Source: Chiloscyllium plagiosum
Lineage: Eukaryota
Assembly (NCBI RefSeq): GCF_004010195.1
Contig: NC_057718.1
Coordinates: 88,699,728-88,763,727 of the forward strand
Reading direction: 5' to 3'
Length of the DNA: 64,000 bases
The position numbers and the translations under genes were made by a program. Below, one piece after another: positions 60,297-64,000 of this stretch. The notes under the pieces were generated by a model. It made no database searches and was not told the origin of the DNA. It saw only the letters and a program-made list of their open reading frames with translations. The first letter of the stretch is position 1, and each line of letters starts with the position of its first letter.

Positions 60297-61333
60297 TAAC
60301 ACTAGTCATAGTAAAGGTGACCATGACAACTGTAAACAATTGCTGTAAAAGATGATATGGCACATTAATGCCCTTTAGGGAAGGAAATGTACCATCTTTT
60401 ACCAGATTCTGGATTAGTGGTGCTAGAAAAGCACAGCAGTTCAGGCAGCATCCGAGGAGCCTACCATCTTTTACCAGGTCTGACCTGGCCTATATGTGAC
60501 TCCAGACCCACAGAAATGTGTATGACTCTTAACTGCCTTCTGAAATGACCCAGCAAGCCACTCAGTTCAATGGCTGTTTGGGAAGAGCAATAATTACATG
60601 CCTTGCCTACAACACCCACATCCTGTGAAAGAATTGAAAATAACGTCTGAATTTATTTTATATCAAATTCAACAAAACATAGTTGGTTTGACTCCCCTAC
60701 AGATTCAGAAAGATTCACAAATGTACTTTGCAGGCACAGTCCCAGAATTGGAGTGAGGGCATTCATAACATCACAATAGAAGAGTAAGCTTGTTTCAAAG
60801 ACGTACACGAGGATAAGGAGCTTCTGTCTTTATAGTTCCATATTTCACAGTGCTTTGCAGTGTATGAAGTGGAGCTGTAGCAATGCAAGATGCTGTTGTT
60901 ATAGTTCCTATTGAAAAGGACTCCTGTTGCTATGTAAGTAAACAGCAACAAACTGCACAAAGACCCACAAACCGCACCTGAAATGAATGTCCAGTTGATC
61001 TGTTTTGGGTGGCAAATATTGAAGGTGAACACCCTTCTCTTATTGAATTCATGTCATTGGATCTTTTGCATCTACCTGAGTTTAACATAATATCTGAAAT
61101 ATAGCAATAGTGTTAGGATTACTGCTTATTATCCTTCATATTACTGAAGTGCGCATGTGTCTCTGGAATGGAGCTTGAACCTAAAACCATTTGACTGAAC
61201 AGCAGGAAGGATTCAAGCTTATACTTTACGCAGTGGAGTTGATGTTATAAACTGAATACTTCATGGTGATGTGTGTAGTTTTAATCTGCTCATTAGGTTG
61301 GTCACTGAGCATCTGATTAAGTATTTTCATACA

Positions 61334-62000
61334 GGTTCATAATTCCTTGAAAGTGGACTAGCAGGTAGAGAAGGTAGTAAAGAAGGCATTTGGTATGCTT
61401 GCCTTTATTGGTCAGTGCATTAAGGACAGGAATTGGGAGACATGTTGCGGCTGTCCAGGTCACTATTGGAATACTGCGTTCAGTTCTGGTCTTCCTGCTC
61501 TCGGAAAGGATTTGTTAAATTTGTAAGGGTTCAGAAAAGATTTGCAAGGATGTTTCCGGGATTGGAAGGTTTGAGCTATACGGAGAGGCTGAATAGGCTG
61601 GGACTGTTTTCCATGGAGCATTGAAGGCTGAGGGGTGACCTTATAGAAGATTATAAAATCATGAGGGGTGTGGATAGGGTGAATAGCCATAGTCTTTTCC
61701 CCAGGGTAGGGGAGTCCAAAACTAAGGGGCATAGGTTTAGGGTGAGAGGGGAAAGTGATCTAAGGGGCAACATTTTCATGCAGAGTGTGGTTCGTGTATG
61801 GAATGAGCTGCCAGAGGAAGTGGTGGAGGCTGGTACAATTTACAGCATTTAAAAGTCATCTGGATGGATATGTGAATTGGAAGGGTTTAATGCGATATGG
61901 GCCAAATGCTGGCAAATAGGACTAGATTAACTTAGAATATCTGGTCAACATGGATGGACCAATGTGTCTGTTTCCATGCTGTACAGCCTATGACTCTATA
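61334..62000 (+). mobile_element. CR1 3' fragment
   Basis: LLEYCVQFWS, LFPRVGESKTKGHRFRVRGE, VVRVWNELPEEVVEAG. Confidence 0.9.
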
Positions 62001-63109
62001 TACATTTATATATAAAATATATTGTAAATATTTTTATGCAGTGGACATTGTGTGACACCACACTTCAAAACGCTGTAGCAAATCTTGGAAATTATGTATT
62101 GAGCCTATATGCTAGTATATACCAGTACAGGTATTGTGTAACATTTCATATCCACAGGGATGATGATCCAGATTAATACTTAGTGTAAGTAAACAAAAGG
62201 CACATGTTTATAGTTATACTTTTTTTGCGACATAAGGTCTGCATGGTTGCATTTGATATCATTGTTTCCACTCCAACAACTCCCCAAATCCCCTAATAGA
62301 AGGCATTCACCTTTATTGCTGAATAGCCATTCTTTTGACAGTCTGATCTGATGGCTATAATGCATCTTGTATGTGCATTTCTTGGAAGGTGTTCTGATTT
62401 GGTAGTCTGGCAGGACAAGGCCTATTGGTGGGAATGGGGATGGGGAAGGTGGTTATCCATCCATAACATCAAAACACAAGGAAGGTGACTGCATGGGAAT
62501 GCCATTGTCTCATAAGTTTCCCATTCCTCATTTGGACATATATCATCCCTGCAAGATTTCTAGTTCAAAGTCAGGGAACTCTAATAGTATAACAAGAGCT
62601 TCTTTAAATATTGTTAAAGGAAGAGAAAGGCCAAAATAAGCATAGAGAATGGTGCTGGGGAAACAATATTGGGGAATCAAAAGATAGCAGAAGAATTGAA
62701 TAAATGCTTTGCATCAATCTTCATTGGTAGAAAACACTAATGGCCTTCCAAAAATAGGAAATAGTCAAAAGACAAAAGGGGCAGAGAAAATAAATACAAA
62801 TAACTATCACTAGAGAAAATGTACTGGGAAAACTAAAGACCTTGGATCTAATGAGATGCATCTTAGAATTATTTAAGGACGTACCAAAAACATAATTAAT
62901 GTACTGGCAGTAATCTTCAAAGATTCGTTCAGTTCTGGAGAAGTCCCAGAGTGGGATCCTGGTTGAGGCCATCCTCATGCGTACCCAGATATAACAGGTG
63001 AGAAGAATAATTTATTATCTACCTCACCTTGGCAGTGTTAATGGTGCTGATCTGTGTCCTGAACAGAAAATAACCCATTATCGCCTGAAATTAACCTAAT
63101 TAATATTAT

Positions 63110-63948
63110 AGAGTCATAGAGATGTACAGCACGGAACAGAGCCTTCAGTCCAACTCATCCATGCTGACTGGATATCCTAAATAAATTTGGTCCCATTTGC
63201 CAGCATTTGGCCCATATCCCTCTCAATCCTTCCTATTAAGATACCCATCCAGATACCTTTTAAATGTTGTAGTTGTACCAGCCTCCATCACTTCCTCTAG
63301 CAGCTCATTCCAGACACACACCAGCCTCTCTGTGAAAAATTTGCTCCTTAGATCCCTCTTAAATCTTTCCCCTCTCACCTTAAATCTAATTTTGGACTTC
63401 CCTACCCTTGGGAAAAGATTTGCCAATTTACCATCACCATGACACTCAGGATTTTAATTAAATTAGATTCCCTACAGTGTGGAAACAGGCCCTTCAGCCC
63501 AACCAGTCCTCTGAAGAGTAACCCAACCAGACCCACTTCCCTCTGACTAATGCACCTAACACTATGGACAATTTAGCATGGCCAATTCACCTAACCTGCA
63601 TATCTTTGGACTGTGGGAGAAAAGCAGAGCACCTGGAGGAAACCCACGCAGACACGGGGAGAATGTGCAAACCCCACACAGACAGTTGCCCAAGGCTGGA
63701 ATCGAACCTGGGACCCTGATGCTATGAGGCAGCAGTGCTAACCACCGAGCCACCGTGCCACCCTAATTATAAACCTCTATCAGGTCACTCCTCAGCTTCC
63801 AACACTCCAGGGAAAATAGCCCTACTCTGTTCAACCTCTCCCCATAGCTCAAGCCCTCATCCTTGAAAATCTTTTCTGAACCCTTTCAAATTTCGCAACG
63901 TCCTTCCAATAGGAAGGAGACCAGAATTGCATGTAGTATTCCAATGTT
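63110..63948 (-). mobile_element. CR1 3' fragment interrupted by an HE1 SINE (about 63456-63763, minus strand)
   Basis: The CR1 sequence resumes at tataaacctctat after the SINE head. Confidence 0.85.
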
Positions 63949-64000
63949 GGAAATCGCTCCAGTTTTGTTTTTGAACATTGTGTCAAGATTAGGTGGGGAA

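Noticed and set aside
60703-60752. Possible third CCDC170 exon (cccctacag|...|gtgagg, open in the needed phase)
   Set aside because: Weak donor, and the peptide FRKIHKCTLQAQSQNW shows no recognisable similarity. Insufficient support.

Overview
Eukaryotic (vertebrate) genomic DNA, almost certainly from a shark or ray: it carries HE1-type tRNA/V-SINEs and abundant CR1 LINEs. There are three N-gaps (37489-37856, 42001-42585, 51939-52416). The window holds the conserved RMND1-ARMT1-CCDC170 neighbourhood. It has the first coding exon of RMND1 (minus strand), a complete 5-exon ARMT1 gene (plus strand, 452 aa, all splice phases consistent) head-to-head with RMND1 across a CpG island, and two probable 5' exons of CCDC170 (assigned by gene order only). 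Most of the rest is transposon debris: CR1, L1, L2-like LINEs, HE1 SINEs, a fossil Tigger/pogo transposase, and at least four Penelope-like (GIY-YIG) families. The most notable observations are: (1) minimal hammerhead-ribozyme motifs in Penelope-like termini, mostly in asymmetric inverted-repeat insertions with 10-16 bp target duplications; (2) a ~59-bp tandem array of consensus NRF1 sites in the bidirectional promoter; (3) a decayed, apparently unprocessed hnRNP M exon copy in the putative CCDC170 intron; (4) a candidate 11-nt microexon; (5) two local templated duplications. I do not see a clearly new protein-coding system. All identifications come from reading the sequence and recalled family knowledge; no searches were run, and repeat boundaries are approximate.
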